Assembly (NCBI GenBank): GCA_025594325.1
Contig: JANHCV010000001.1
Span: 4,588,001-4,652,000, forward strand
Direction: 5' to 3'
Length of the DNA stretch: 64,000 bases
Origin: Blastocladiella emersonii ATCC 22665
Lineage: Eukaryota > Fungi > Blastocladiomycota
Shown here: positions 33,392-44,653 of the stretch, piece by piece
Layout of the letters: every line of letters begins with the position of its first letter
Position numbering within the stretch: position 1 is the first letter of the stretch
Notes under the pieces: generated by a model
What the model saw: only the letters and a program-made list of their open reading frames with translations
The model's database searches: none
Told to the model about the DNA's origin: nothing
Program-made: the position numbers and the translations under genes

Positions 33392-34399
33392 ATGCTCCGC
33401 GCGACGCACTCGCTCCTCCGCGCGCGGCTCTCCACCGCAGCGGCCATGAAACCTACCATGCAGATGCAGCAGCGCTCGGTGCACATCATGCACTCGCTGC
33501 CGGAGCTGCGCGCGTTCCGCGAGACGGCGCGGCGCGAGGGTAAGACGATCGGTTTCGTGCCGACCATGGGCGCGCTGCACGCGGGGCACCTGGACCTGGT
33601 CGGGCACGCGCGCAAGCACGCCGACATCGTGGTCGCGTCCATCTTCGTGAACCCGGCACAGTTTGCGCCGCACGAGGACCTCGACCAGTACCCGCGCACG
33701 CTGCCCGACGACGTGCGCGCGCTCGAGGAGCACGGCGTCGCGACCGCCGTGTTCGCCCCCTCGGTCGCCACCATGTACCCGCGCGGGATCACGACCCACG
33801 TCGACCAGCAGAAGGGCACGTTTGTCTCGGTCGCCGGCATGTCGCACCAGATGGAGGGCAAGGTGCGGCCGCACTTTTTCCGCGGCGTGGCCACCGTCGT
33901 CACCAAGCTCGTCAACGCGGTGCAGCCCGATACCGTCGTGTTCGGGCAAAAGGACGCGCAGCAGTGCTGCGTCGTCCGCGCCATGCTCGAGGACCTGCTC
34001 GTCAACACGCGCATGGTTGTCGCACCGACCGTCCGCGACCAAGTCGACGGCCTCGCCCTCTCGTCGCGCAACCGCTACCTCTCGCCCGAGCACCGGTCCC
34101 TCGCGCCCGCCCTCGCTGCGGGCCTGCTCGCCGCCCAGGCCAAGTTCGAGCAGGGCGTCTCGTCGCGCGCCGAGCTCGTGGCCGCCGTCGAGGACGCGAT
34201 CCGCACCGTCGACCCGGCCGGCCAGACGCTGCAGCTCGAGTACGTCAGCCTCGCGACGCGCGACTTGGTCGAGGTCGACGAGGTCAAGCGCGGCGACAAC
34301 CCCGACGCCGACAAGTCGGTCGGCGCCATTCTCTCGGCCGCCATGCGCGTCGAGTCCACGCGGCTCATCGACAACGTCGTCCTCGGGTGCTGGCTGTAA
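33392..34399 (+). CDS. PAN6: Pantoate-beta-alanine ligase (pantothenate synthetase) with putative mitochondrial presequence
   Basis: IGFVPTMGALHAGHLDLV, SIFVNPAQF.P.EDLDQYPRTL, EGKVRPHFFRGVATVVTKL, FGQKDAQQ, DGLALSSRNRYLS and RLIDNV. ATG at 33392 gives MLRATHSLLRARLSTAAA. Confidence 0.95.
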   Translation: MLRATHSLLRARLSTAAAMKPTMQMQQRSVHIMHSLPELRAFRETARREGKTIGFVPTMGALHAGHLDLVGHARKHADIVVASIFVNPAQFAPHEDLDQYPRTLPDDVRALEEHGVATAVFAPSVATMYPRGITTHVDQQKGTFVSVAGMSHQMEGKVRPHFFRGVATVVTKLVNAVQPDTVVFGQKDAQQCCVVRAMLEDLLVNTRMVVAPTVRDQVDGLALSSRNRYLSPEHRSLAPALAAGLLAAQAKFEQGVSSRAELVAAVEDAIRTVDPAGQTLQLEYVSLATRDLVEVDEVKRGDNPDADKSVGAILSAAMRVESTRLIDNVVLGCWL

Positions 34400-34679
34400 T
34401 TGATCGATTGATATCTCCCTAGTATATTTGCTCCCTGTATTGCGTGCTTACTCAGTCCCTTCCGCGTGCGAGCCTGGCCGGTGGTGGCGACGCCCACCGA
34501 CGCGCGTGTGTGGCACCGCCCGGCGTTGCGCCCTGACCGCCCTTGGGCGTCGCTGCCCTTCCTCTCTCCCTTCCCTTTCGCCCTCCAACCTGTACACGGC
34601 GGACCCGCCAGACGTTAACTTGACGCAATCGACACCCGCTCCATCGCGGCACCCTTCGGACCGCGTCGATCCACCCACC

Positions 34680-37600
34680 ATGGCGTCCCCGCCGTCCACG
34701 GATCCGGCCGCCGCCGCGCCGCCGCCGCCGCTCCTCTACGACCTGGTCCCGACCCGCGACTGGCCGCCCACGCGCCCGCGCACTGCCACTGCTGCCGATA
34801 CCGCCGCCGTCGCCTCCGTGAAACCGCCACGCGTGCCCGCCTCGGTCGCCGCCCTGCTCGCGGCGCCCGACGTGGTCCCTGCGTGGCACGTCGCCCTCGC
34901 GCCGTCGGGCCTCGAGGCCGCCATCGTCACCGACACCCACCTCGAGCTGTACGCGCTCGGCACCGGCGTCGACTCGTCGCCCGATGCGCGACACGCGCCG
35001 CTTGCGACGTGGCCGCTGCCCGTCCGCGGTGGTGCAGCGCCGCCGCCACACGACCTGCTCGTCTGGCGCCGCCTCGCGTGGGCGCCGCGCGGCGACTTGA
35101 TCGTCGTCGCCGACTGGGACGGCGCGATGCACGTTCTGCACGTCGGGACCGCGGGGTTCGTGCACCTCGCCACGCTCAACCCCGCTGCCGAGGCCGCTGA
35201 TCGCGCTGCCGCCGCGGCGTCTGCGGGACCCGCGATCGATGCCGCGCCCGAGCCCATCACGTTCGTTTCGCTCCTCGACGAGGACGAGCCCGCCGATGCC
35301 GCCGCGCAGGACGGCGCCGTCGTCACGTTCAAGCTCGTGTGGGCGCACCTGCACGGCACGCTGCGCCTCGCCGCGGGCACTGTCACGCTGCGCGCCGTGA
35401 AGCCGCCCCCGAGCCCGCTCGTCATCCACCAGGGCACCGCCGGCGAGTCCGCGCACATCGCGGTACAGCACCTCGCGTCGTTTGACGCGTCGCCGTGGTT
35501 CGATGTCGTCGCCGACGCCGCCTACCTCGCGTCCGAGCGCACGCTCTACGTGACCGGTAAGGCCGCGCACGGGTGCGCGTCGGGCGCGCCGCGTGCTCGT
35601 GCCGACGACGAGGATGACGACGACGAAGCGGACGAGGACGACGAGCGGTACCCAGTCCTCGCGCTCTTCGTCAGCCGCGGGTTCAAACTGCACGCGTCGA
35701 TCCCGTGCACCCTCCCGCAGCGCACCGTCCGCGCGCCCGGCCTCCTCGGCACCGTCGCGGGCGTCGCACGCGCCCTGTTCGGCCGGTTCGGCGGTAGCGG
35801 CGGCACCGAGACCGCGTCGCCCGAGTCGGACCGCGCCCTCGCCCGCGAGCGCGAGTTCACGGGCCTGCAGCTCTCCGTGTGGCCGGGCGCCGACCTCGAC
35901 TCGGCGCTCGTCCTGCTGCGCGACGCCGCGAGCAACCTCGTCGTCTTCTCGGGCCGCCTCGACCCGCGCGACCGGTACGACGGCGGGTTCCTGACCCTCG
36001 CGCATCGCGGGCACGCCCTGACGCACGCCGCGTGGTGGACGGGCGCCGTCGCGCCGCGCGTTGCCACCGACTCGGCCGCGAGCCCGTTCAAGCCCGCCGA
36101 CGCCGACGCGACGGTCCCGGTCCCCGCCATCGTGACGTGCTCGGCCGGCGGCCTCCTGACGGTCCACTCGTACCCGGCGTTCGCGCCGCTGTCGGCCGCG
36201 GAACAGTTCGCCGCGCCCGTCGCCGTCGCCAACTCGGTCGCCGGCCACGGGTGTATCCTCGACTGCGAGGTCACCGCCGCGCCTGCCGGCGCCGCGCGCA
36301 CCGCGGCCCCCGCCGAGACACCCCGCGGGATCCTCGCGCGGTCCCTGCGCAGCCTCACCAATACGTTCTTGTGGCAGTTTGACGACGAGGACGCGGCCGG
36401 CGCTAGCATCGCGCGTTCAGCTATCGCTGCGCCTGCTGCGCGCCGGTGCACGCTGTACGACTGGCGCCCGCTGAGCCCGACCGAGATGCTCGTGCGCCAC
36501 CTGCTCGACCAGGACTACGACGCGGCGCTCGCGCTCGCGACCGCGCACAACCTCGACACGGATATTGTGTACCAGTCGCAGTGGCGCGCCCTGATGCAGC
36601 GCGAGCAGCAGCCGCAGGCCGCGGTCACGACGGGGTCGGGAACGGCGCCCGGCGGACCCGACGATGAACTCGTCGTGCTCCTCGGCAAGATCCGCGACAC
36701 CACCTGGGTCCTGCAGGCGTGCACCGAGGCGCTCCCGGCGTCCCCCGCGCGCGCACGCGCCCTGCTCGTGCACGGTCTGCGGCTCACCGAGTCGATCCGC
36801 GCGTGGGCCGAGGAACCCGAAGCGGCCGACGCCGCCGTGGACGAGTCCAAGCTCGTCTTCTTCGAGTACCGCCTGATGCTCCTGCGGCTGCTGGACCGGC
36901 TCGAGCTGTACACGCGGATCCACGGCGCCGCGGGCGGCACCAGCACTGCCACCAACCTGGCGGCGGACCCAAACTACGCGTTCCTGCGCAACTCGAACCT
37001 CGTCGACGTGGCGTGCGCGTATGCGCGCGTCGCCGACGCCCGCGCCCTGACGGTCCTGTTCGGCGCGGTCCCCGCCCTCAACCAGTTCCGCCCGCTCATC
37101 GTCGCGTGCTTCCCCGCGTACGTCGACCCGCGACAGTACGCGGCGCTGCTCCCGACGCCCGAAAACGCGTCGCGCGCCGCCGCGCAAATCGTGCCCGCGC
37201 ACTGGCGCAAGTCCGACTGGGCCGAGCACCCCGACGCCGCCGCGCGTGTCGCGTGGACCGACGATCTCGCGGCGGCCGCTGACGCGCTCGAGGCTGGGTT
37301 TGCCGGCGAAGAGCCCGGCGCGCTCACGCAGTGGTACCTGCGCCGCGCTCGCGAAATGGAGGCGCTCTCTGGGTGCGCGGATACCGCGCTCCGCGTCCTC
37401 GAGCTCGGCGCGGCGCGCGGCGTCAAGGGGCTCGGCGACCTCATGGCCACGCTGCGCCAGTTCAACTGCCTCGTCTACGAGCTCCTCCCCATGGCTGGCG
37501 ACCGCCACGACGTCTGGCAGAAGCTCGGGCTCGAGGACTTTGAGCAGATGCTTCCCGCGCAGATCGTCCAGATGTTCCTGTCCATCAATTTCGCCGAGGT

Positions 37601-40600
37601 GGATGCCGGTGCGGCTTCCACGGGTGCGATCGCCCACGCGACGCTCGACCGCGCCATCGCCGCGTTCCTCGCGCCCGCCATCGTCCAGCGCCGCGCGTTC
37701 AAGCCGCTCCTCGACGCCCTGGTCCCCGTGTTCCCCGCGCGCCGCGAGCTCGTCGTCGCGATCCTCGAGCACGACGACCTGTGGTGGCACCAGGTCCACC
37801 CGGACCCCGAGTTCGACCCCGCCGGCGTCGACGACGACGCGGTCCCCGAGGACGTGCTCGAGGTCATGTTCGCCGAGGCCGTCCTCGACATGGCGTACGC
37901 CGTCGAGGACGTCGACGCGGCGTGGTTCCCCGTCCTCGACCGCCTGTACGAGTCGGTCCCCGACTTCTCGGATGAGCCCGACGAGGAGGACGAGGAAGGC
38001 GACGGCGGGAGCGACGAGGGTGTTGCCGAGAAACCGTCCGCGCCCGCCGCCGCTGACCCGACGTCGCACCGCGCTACCGTCTGGCGCCGCATCCAGGCGC
38101 TCGAGGCCCACATCACCGCGGCCGAGCTTCTCGCCAACGTCCACCTATACGCGTCGCCGGCCGCCCTGCGCGACGCGTCGCACGCCGCTGGACCCGCTGC
38201 GGCAGCGCCGGTCTCGCCCACGGCGCCCGCGTGGCTCCGCGACCAGCACTCGATTGTCCGCGAGCTCATTGCGCACACGGCGCGCGGCTCCGGGCACGGC
38301 GCGAACGGGCTCGCGTCGCTCGTCGAATCGATCGATATCCTCGTCGAGCTCGGGTTCTTCCGCATCCCCATCGACGAGGTGTACGCGCCGATCCTCCAGC
38401 ACGCGCTGCGCGCGGGCAACGCGGCGGTCGCGCGGGAGGTCGCGGACAAGATGCCCGCTGACGCGATCGAGGAGGCTGTCGTCGCGCTCGCGAATGACCG
38501 CGCGGATGCGGGGCGGTTTGACCAGGCGGTCAATGTGTACGTTACGCCTCTCACTCGATCGTGATAGTGAACCATGCTGATTCTCGCCCAACATCGCTAG
38601 ACTCTCGGTCATCACGATCCCGTCCCTGACCAACTTGCGCACGCACATGACGACGCTGCACACGCTGGCGGACCACGGCGTCGCGGGCCTGTCGCGGCAC
38701 ATGACGCGCGATGCGATCCTCGCGCACGCCGTCGCCGACTCGACGCTCCCGCCCGCGCTCCTGCACCGCATCGGCGCCACGCTCGGGTTCCGCGCCTTTG
38801 AGGTGACGTGCATGATGGCGCGGCGCGCCGGCATGGCCCGCGCCATCGACCTGTGCATCGACCTCATCGACACGCTGCCCGCGACCCACGCCGACGAGCC
38901 CGATATCCGCCTCGTGTGCGAGACGGTCCTCGACGTTGTCGCCGCGTTCCCGCTCAACGGCCGCGCCCACGCGCTCCTCCAGTTCGCCCTCGAGCAGGCG
39001 CCCGCGGACCTCCTGCCCAAGGTGCTCGGGACCTGGGACCTGACCAACGTCCCGCCGCCGTCGCCGTCGCCCACGCGCGCGACCTCGCCCTCGCGTGCGT
39101 CCGCCGACCACGCCAAGCTCCGCTCGCCGTTCCACCCGCACATGTTCCCCGCGGGCGCCGAGCCGACGTACGCGGACGTGGCCGCGTGGTTCAACACCGA
39201 GGAACACGTCCCCGCCGACGACGACGCGCTCGACGCCGACGCCCTCGCGGCGTTCCGCCGCGCCACCTCGGTCCACGCCGCCCTCGCCGCCACGCCGCTC
39301 GTCGACCCCGCCGCCGTCTCCGCCGCGCACCAGGACGTGGTCGTGTACGCCGCGACCAAGCGCATGGCCGTCGACGCGGTCCGCGCCGCAGCCCCCGAGA
39401 TCGCGCCCGTCGCGGTCCTCGCGACACCGACGCCCGCGGCCGAGGAGTTTGCCGTGCTCGCGGCGGCCGTTGGTGATGATCTCGATCCGCGACTCGCCGC
39501 CGTCGCGGACGAGATGCAGGCGCTCGAGCGGCAGGCCCTCGACCGCGCGCTCGCCGAGTTCCCGGAGGTCGATATCCACGCGGTCCTCGCCGATAACGCG
39601 TACCAGCACGCGACGATCCAGCGGCTGCTCCGCGTCGGTGGTGCTGGTGGTAGCGAAAGTGTCGCGGCCGCTATCGCGATTGCCGAGCACGCGCAGGTCC
39701 CGCCGCACCGTCTCGTCGCGGCGTGGATCCAGTCCAACGCCGGCTTCCCTGGACCTGGCAGTCTCGTTGTCCACCAGCCCGCGGTGTGGGATAAGTGGAT
39801 CGCCGAGACGGCCAAGGACGCGGACGCGGTCGCGCAGGTTCTCGCGGTCGCCAAGACGGTGCTCCAACAGGTACGCTGCACCGCGTATCTCTCATTCCTC
39901 GATTTCGGTGGCTGACGTCCTGATACGTTCGTGTAGGAATCCACGTCGGTCCAGGGCACACTCGCCATCCACGAGACCGCGGCGCGCCTCGCGCCGGACC
40001 TCGCGCGGCAGTGCCGCGTGCGCCAAGCGCTCGCCGAGCACCTGCAACGGCTCAAGCTGCGCGACTGGGCCGCCCGCCCCATCGCCGCGCACCTGCTCGC
40101 GGGCGACCGCGCCTATTTCGGCGCCCTGTTCCACGTCTCGATCACGTCGCAGTCGCTCTTCGAGACGGTCGCGCGCGACGTGCTCCCCAAACTCGCGTCG
40201 ATCGCCGCCATCCCCGCGCTCGACGCGGTTCCCGCCGACGCGACCCGGCTGTCGGGCGCCGACCTCGAGAGCGTGCTCACCGCCAGCTGGCTGCAGCGCC
40301 GGATCGCGGCCGAGCTCGCGGCGCCCGCCGCGCCGGCGTCGCCTGTCAAGAGCCCGATCGTGTCGCCCGCCCAGCGCGCGCGCACCTCGAGCACGCGCAG
40401 CGAGGACGGCGGCGCGCTCGGCTGGCTCAGCTCGCTCGCGAGCCCGATCGCGTCCATGGCGCACTCGGTGACCCACGGCGGAAGCGCTGTCGCCGCACCA
40501 GCTGCCGCGGCGGCGGCCGAGACCGAGCTCATGAAGTACCTCGCCGCGCATATCGGCAAGGTCCAGCCCGCGGACTGGTCGGTGCTCCGGTCGGACCTCG

Positions 40601-42027
40601 TCGCGCTGCTCCGGCCCAAGATCGCGCCCGCGCACCGCGCTGCCGCTGCCGCGGTCCTCGACGCGTGTCCCAAATCGGAGCCGAGCCTCGCGCCGCTCGT
40701 TGCTGGGATTCGTGTCATCGACGCGTGCCGCGCCGCGGGCGTTCGCGCGCCGTTCCTCGACAACCTGTTCGCGACGACGGTGCCCGAGGCCGCGCGCCAG
40801 ATGCTCGCGCAGGGCGTCGCCATCTCGATTGTCCGCGACGTCGCCGCGCAGCTCGGCGCTGCTCTTGTCGGCGACACGTATGCCAGTTCCGCGGCTGATA
40901 TCGACTCGGCGCTGCGCGACCTTGTCGCGTCCGGCGCGAGCCTCACTCTCGCCGTGGCCGCTGTCAAGACCTCGCCCGCCGACGCCCGCGCGCTGCTCCG
41001 CCACGTTCTCGCGCGCATGCCCGAGACGCCCGCGCTCGCGTCTGCCGCGTCGCAGCTCGCGGCGATCCTTGGCTCTGACGTCCAGTGCCGCATCATTGCC
41101 GCGCGAGCGTCCAGCCTTGGCGCGGCAGCAGTGCTCGACATGCCCGACCTCGACGCGGTCCACATCGCGTGGCTCCAGGCGCAGCCGCCCGCGCACGAGT
41201 CGCGGCTCCGCGCGGTCCAGGCGTGGGCGGCGCACCTCGGCGGCGCGACGTCCCCCGCGATGGTGCGCGCGTGGACCCGCGAGTTCCAGCTCGCGCAGAC
41301 GCTCCCCGTCGAGTACCTCGTCGAGGTGCGCGTGCAGGCGCCCGAGTTCCCGGTCGAGGTACGCTACCTTGCGCGGTTCATTGCGAGGTTCAGTGTCACT
41401 AATCCCGCGTTTTATGAGTAGATTGACCAAGCCATCCTCGCTGCGCTGACCTCGCCTGTACACGCGCTCGCGTTCGCGCTGACGTCGGCGCACGTCGCGC
41501 TCGTCGACCACGGGAAGCGCCAGCTCCCGCCCGCGCCGCCCGCCGGGTCCGGCACCGCGACGCCGCAGGTCTGGCCCGCGCCCCTCGCCCCGCTCGTCCC
41601 CGTGCTCACCCAGCGCGCGGTCCTCGCGGATATCGCGGCACGGTTCGGATTGCTCAACGGCGGCAGCATGTCCCGCAGCACGTCGTCGGCGAACGAGCCG
41701 TTGGCCGAGGTGGCGAAACCGGCCGTCGTTGTTGCGGAGGTGCGAACGGACCCGCTCGCGGCTGCGCGACGCGCGAACGTCCACCCGTCGCTCTGGGCAG
41801 CGGTCGCCGTCGGCCGGATCGCGGTCCCGGAACGGCCAGTGGCGGCACCCGCGCCGATCGTGGATGACGACGACGATGATGTGCTCGACCCGTGGGGTTT
41901 TGGCGAACCTTCGACCAAGAAGGTTGCCACCGCGCCGGTTGCAGCAGCAGCAGCGTCGGGTCCGCTGCGGATCGGGTTGACGGAAGCCGAGCTAGCGCAG
42001 TTCATCGCGGCGCGGTATTGCGACTGA
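34680..42027 (+). CDS. NBAS: NBAS/Sec39-like Golgi-to-ER tethering (Dsl1/NRZ complex) subunit; multi-exon
   Basis: WRRLAWAP.GDL.VVAD..G (beta-propeller), SPTEML...L.DQDYDAALALA..HNLDTDIVYQSQW, LGKIRD..WVLQAC and YRL.LLRLLDRLELY.RI match NBAS N-terminal blocks. Joined through introns near 38530-38600, 39870-39936 and 41360-41420. Confidence 0.82.
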
Positions 42028-42128
42028 AGAATCGAAGAGAAGAAGACGTAATACAAAGTTTTATAGACAGACTATGACGATGGTATCCAAGTCTCCTCAC
42101 CTCCAACAGCACCCCTTCAAAGCCAGTG

Positions 42129-44193
42129 TCATCCAAGCCGGAGCGTCTGATCCAGCGCGCGCAGCTGCCGCGAGTCCTCGAGCGACAGATGGCTCGCGAA
42201 CCGGACATCGACGGCCGCGGTCGCCGGCCCGCGCGCCTCCTTCGGGATGAACGGCAGCACGATCCCGCCCGCGGGCGTCGCCGCCACGGTGCCGTACGAC
42301 GTCCCGATCGCGCTGTCGATGGACGTCGCGAGGTACGTCGACGAGGCCGACGGGAGACGCGGCCGCGCGATCGCGGTGAACGGGATCGGCTGGGCGGTCG
42401 AGGTCGCGGCGGTGGTGGGACCCGTCGAGTGCACGGCCACGGGCGGCGAGGGAGGCGCCGGGGCGGGCGTCGACGAGGACGCGGGCGGCGAGGTCCCGTA
42501 CGGGTGGTACGCCGGCTGCGGCTGCTCGTACACGTAGTGGTGCGGGAGGTGGTGGTGATGATGTGGAGCGTGATAGTGATGATGTGGATACGCGTGCGGT
42601 GCGCCAGCGGGCGGGAACGGCGGCGGGGAGACGGACATGGGGGCCGGCGGCTCCTCGATCGACAGGTTGGCGAGGTCGTGGTGGTACGAAGCGTGGTGCG
42701 CGGCAGCAGGTGGTGAAGAGACGTGATGATGGCGAGGTTCCTGCTGCTCGTGGTGGCGGTGGGGCGCCGAGTACGGATGCGCGCGGTGCCCGTGCGCAAG
42801 CGACGAGGTGCGGCGGCGGCGGCCCTGCGGGCTCGTCTCGCCGGACGAGCGACGACGCCATGCAGCCGTGTTGGTCGCGGGAGCGGGACCCGTAGCCGCC
42901 GATCCCCTGCGGCTCGAACTCGCGCCACTGCCCACGACGAGCGGCGAGCCCGTGACGACGACCGGCGGTCCAGTCGGGAGCGGCTGCATGGTCGCCGACT
43001 TGCGCGACAGCGCGACGGGCGTGTCGTTACAGCTGAAGTACATGCCCTCGGGGAGTTCGAGCTGCGCGAGGCGGTCGTCGCTGTCGACGGTCGGCAGCCG
43101 GCCGGGCGCCGTGTCCTCGTCCGTGTAGTAGGAGATGAGGCGCAGCTTCTGCCCGTACAGCGTGGTCAGCGACAGCGCGCGCTTCTTGAGCAGCGTCTTG
43201 CCAGCGGACGACGAGCTGTCGCCGGCATCGGTGCCGGACGGATCGGGCGACGACGCGGCCGTGTTGGTGGGCGAGGTCGGCGACGAGGCGGTCGCGGACG
43301 CGTCGTTCTGCGGCGGCAGCTCCTGGTAAAGCAGGAAGGATCCCTTCATGCGGGACGACGACCACAGGCGCGAGTCGGCCCAGCGGCGAACCTAAAGATG
43401 AAAGCGAGGGTGGTGAATTGTGAGTGGGATTGGTCGCAAGCGAGTGGTGTGGGGTGATGCGTCGCGTGATGGACGTGATGAACATGATGGAAGGCGATCC
43501 GGGTGCAGAGATCGGGTGGCTCCGGAGAACAACGGCGGTTACCCGTTCCGCGCTAGAGCTCGCAACAAGCGCGCGACAAACTCCGGCGCAACCGCATGAC
43601 CGCTCGACCGCTCGGAGTCACGGCCCCGCGAAACGATTGGCCAGGGAAAAATGGAAGCACACGACCAGCAATCCGAGCCGCAGCGCTAAAACGCGATGGA
43701 TGATCTCCGTGCGGCCATGCACTGCGGTCGGCGAGAACAACAGCTCGGGTCGGCACCGACCCCTCGTCGTCCTCGCCGACCTCGGCATCGACCCCTCGTC
43801 GTCCTCGCCGACCTCGGCACCCCCGGCGCCAGCAACGCCAAGGGAGACTTCGCAGCGGGCGGGCGACGGCGGATCGCGTGGGAGACGCTGGGAAAGTTTG
43901 CAGGGGAGGGCGGAAATAGAGGCACAAGGAGCGCAAATGGGGGGATCGGGAGGCGCGGAGGCGACAGGAACAGCGGCAACAAGCACGACGAGCGAGGGAG
44001 CGGAAGAGTACGAGAGCAAAGGTACCTGAGATTCGTGCTCCTCGAAGCAGAAGACGGCGCCCGACTTGATGAGCGAGGCGCGCTCGTCGTCGGTGAGCCG
44101 GCGGGTGACGCGCGGCAGGACGCCCGTGCGCGCGGCTTCCACGACGCGGAGCGCGTCGTCGAGCGAGCGGATGATGCCGTGCCAGGTCTCCAT
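42129..44193 (-). CDS. Gti1/Pac2 (WOPR) family transcription factor; 2 exons
   Basis: METWHGIIRSLDDALRVVEAARTGVLPRVTRRLTDDERASLIKSGAVFCFEEHESQ / VRRWADSRLWSSSRMKGSFLLYQE; LLKKRALSL...LISYY; C-terminal EDSRQLRAL motif. Intron 44025-43392. Confidence 0.92.
43751..43821. repeat. 32-bp tandem duplication inside the WOPR-gene intron
   Basis: cggca(c/t)cgacccctcgtcgtcctcgccgacct x2, plus a partial third copy. Confidence 0.9.
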
Positions 44194-44336
44194 GGTGATC
44201 GATGAGGGCGTGGTGGAAGGTGGTTGAGGTGGAGCGGTGCGTGGCGAGTCTCCGCGACGTGTCGTGATGTGGCTTTGATCGCTCCAAGCGGACGAGTCGA
44301 GCGGCTTGCGGAGTGTGAGGAACTGCAACGCAGCGT

Positions 44337-44393
44337 AGGGGGAGGAATGTGAAGGCCAAGGTCAGGGGGAGGAATGCGAAGGCCAAGGTCAGG
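44337..44393. repeat. 27-bp tandem duplication upstream of the WOPR gene
   Basis: agggggaggaatg(t/c)gaaggccaaggtc x2. Confidence 0.9.
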
Positions 44394-44653
44394 AGGGGGG
44401 ACCCTCAGGTATTTGAAGGCCGACAGCACGACCTGGGGCCGCGGACTTGGTGTTGCGCGGTTGCTGCACGGACCGTTCCTGCTGTCCAATCGGAATTCTG
44501 CCCGCGTGAAGCGCCGCCTCGCAGCCTGCGGCTTTCTGTCGCGCGAGCTGTGAAACGAGCGCCATCGACTCTACGCTCACCAAAGATCCGTAAGCGCGTA
44601 CGCTGATATTAGAAGCGCCGTTCCTCCGGTGTAGAAATAGGACTTGTTCTCGT

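Noticed and set aside
42097-42928. Alternative-frame ORFs over the WOPR gene
   Set aside because: Only the 42129 frame carries the WOPR motifs and joins exon 1 in phase.
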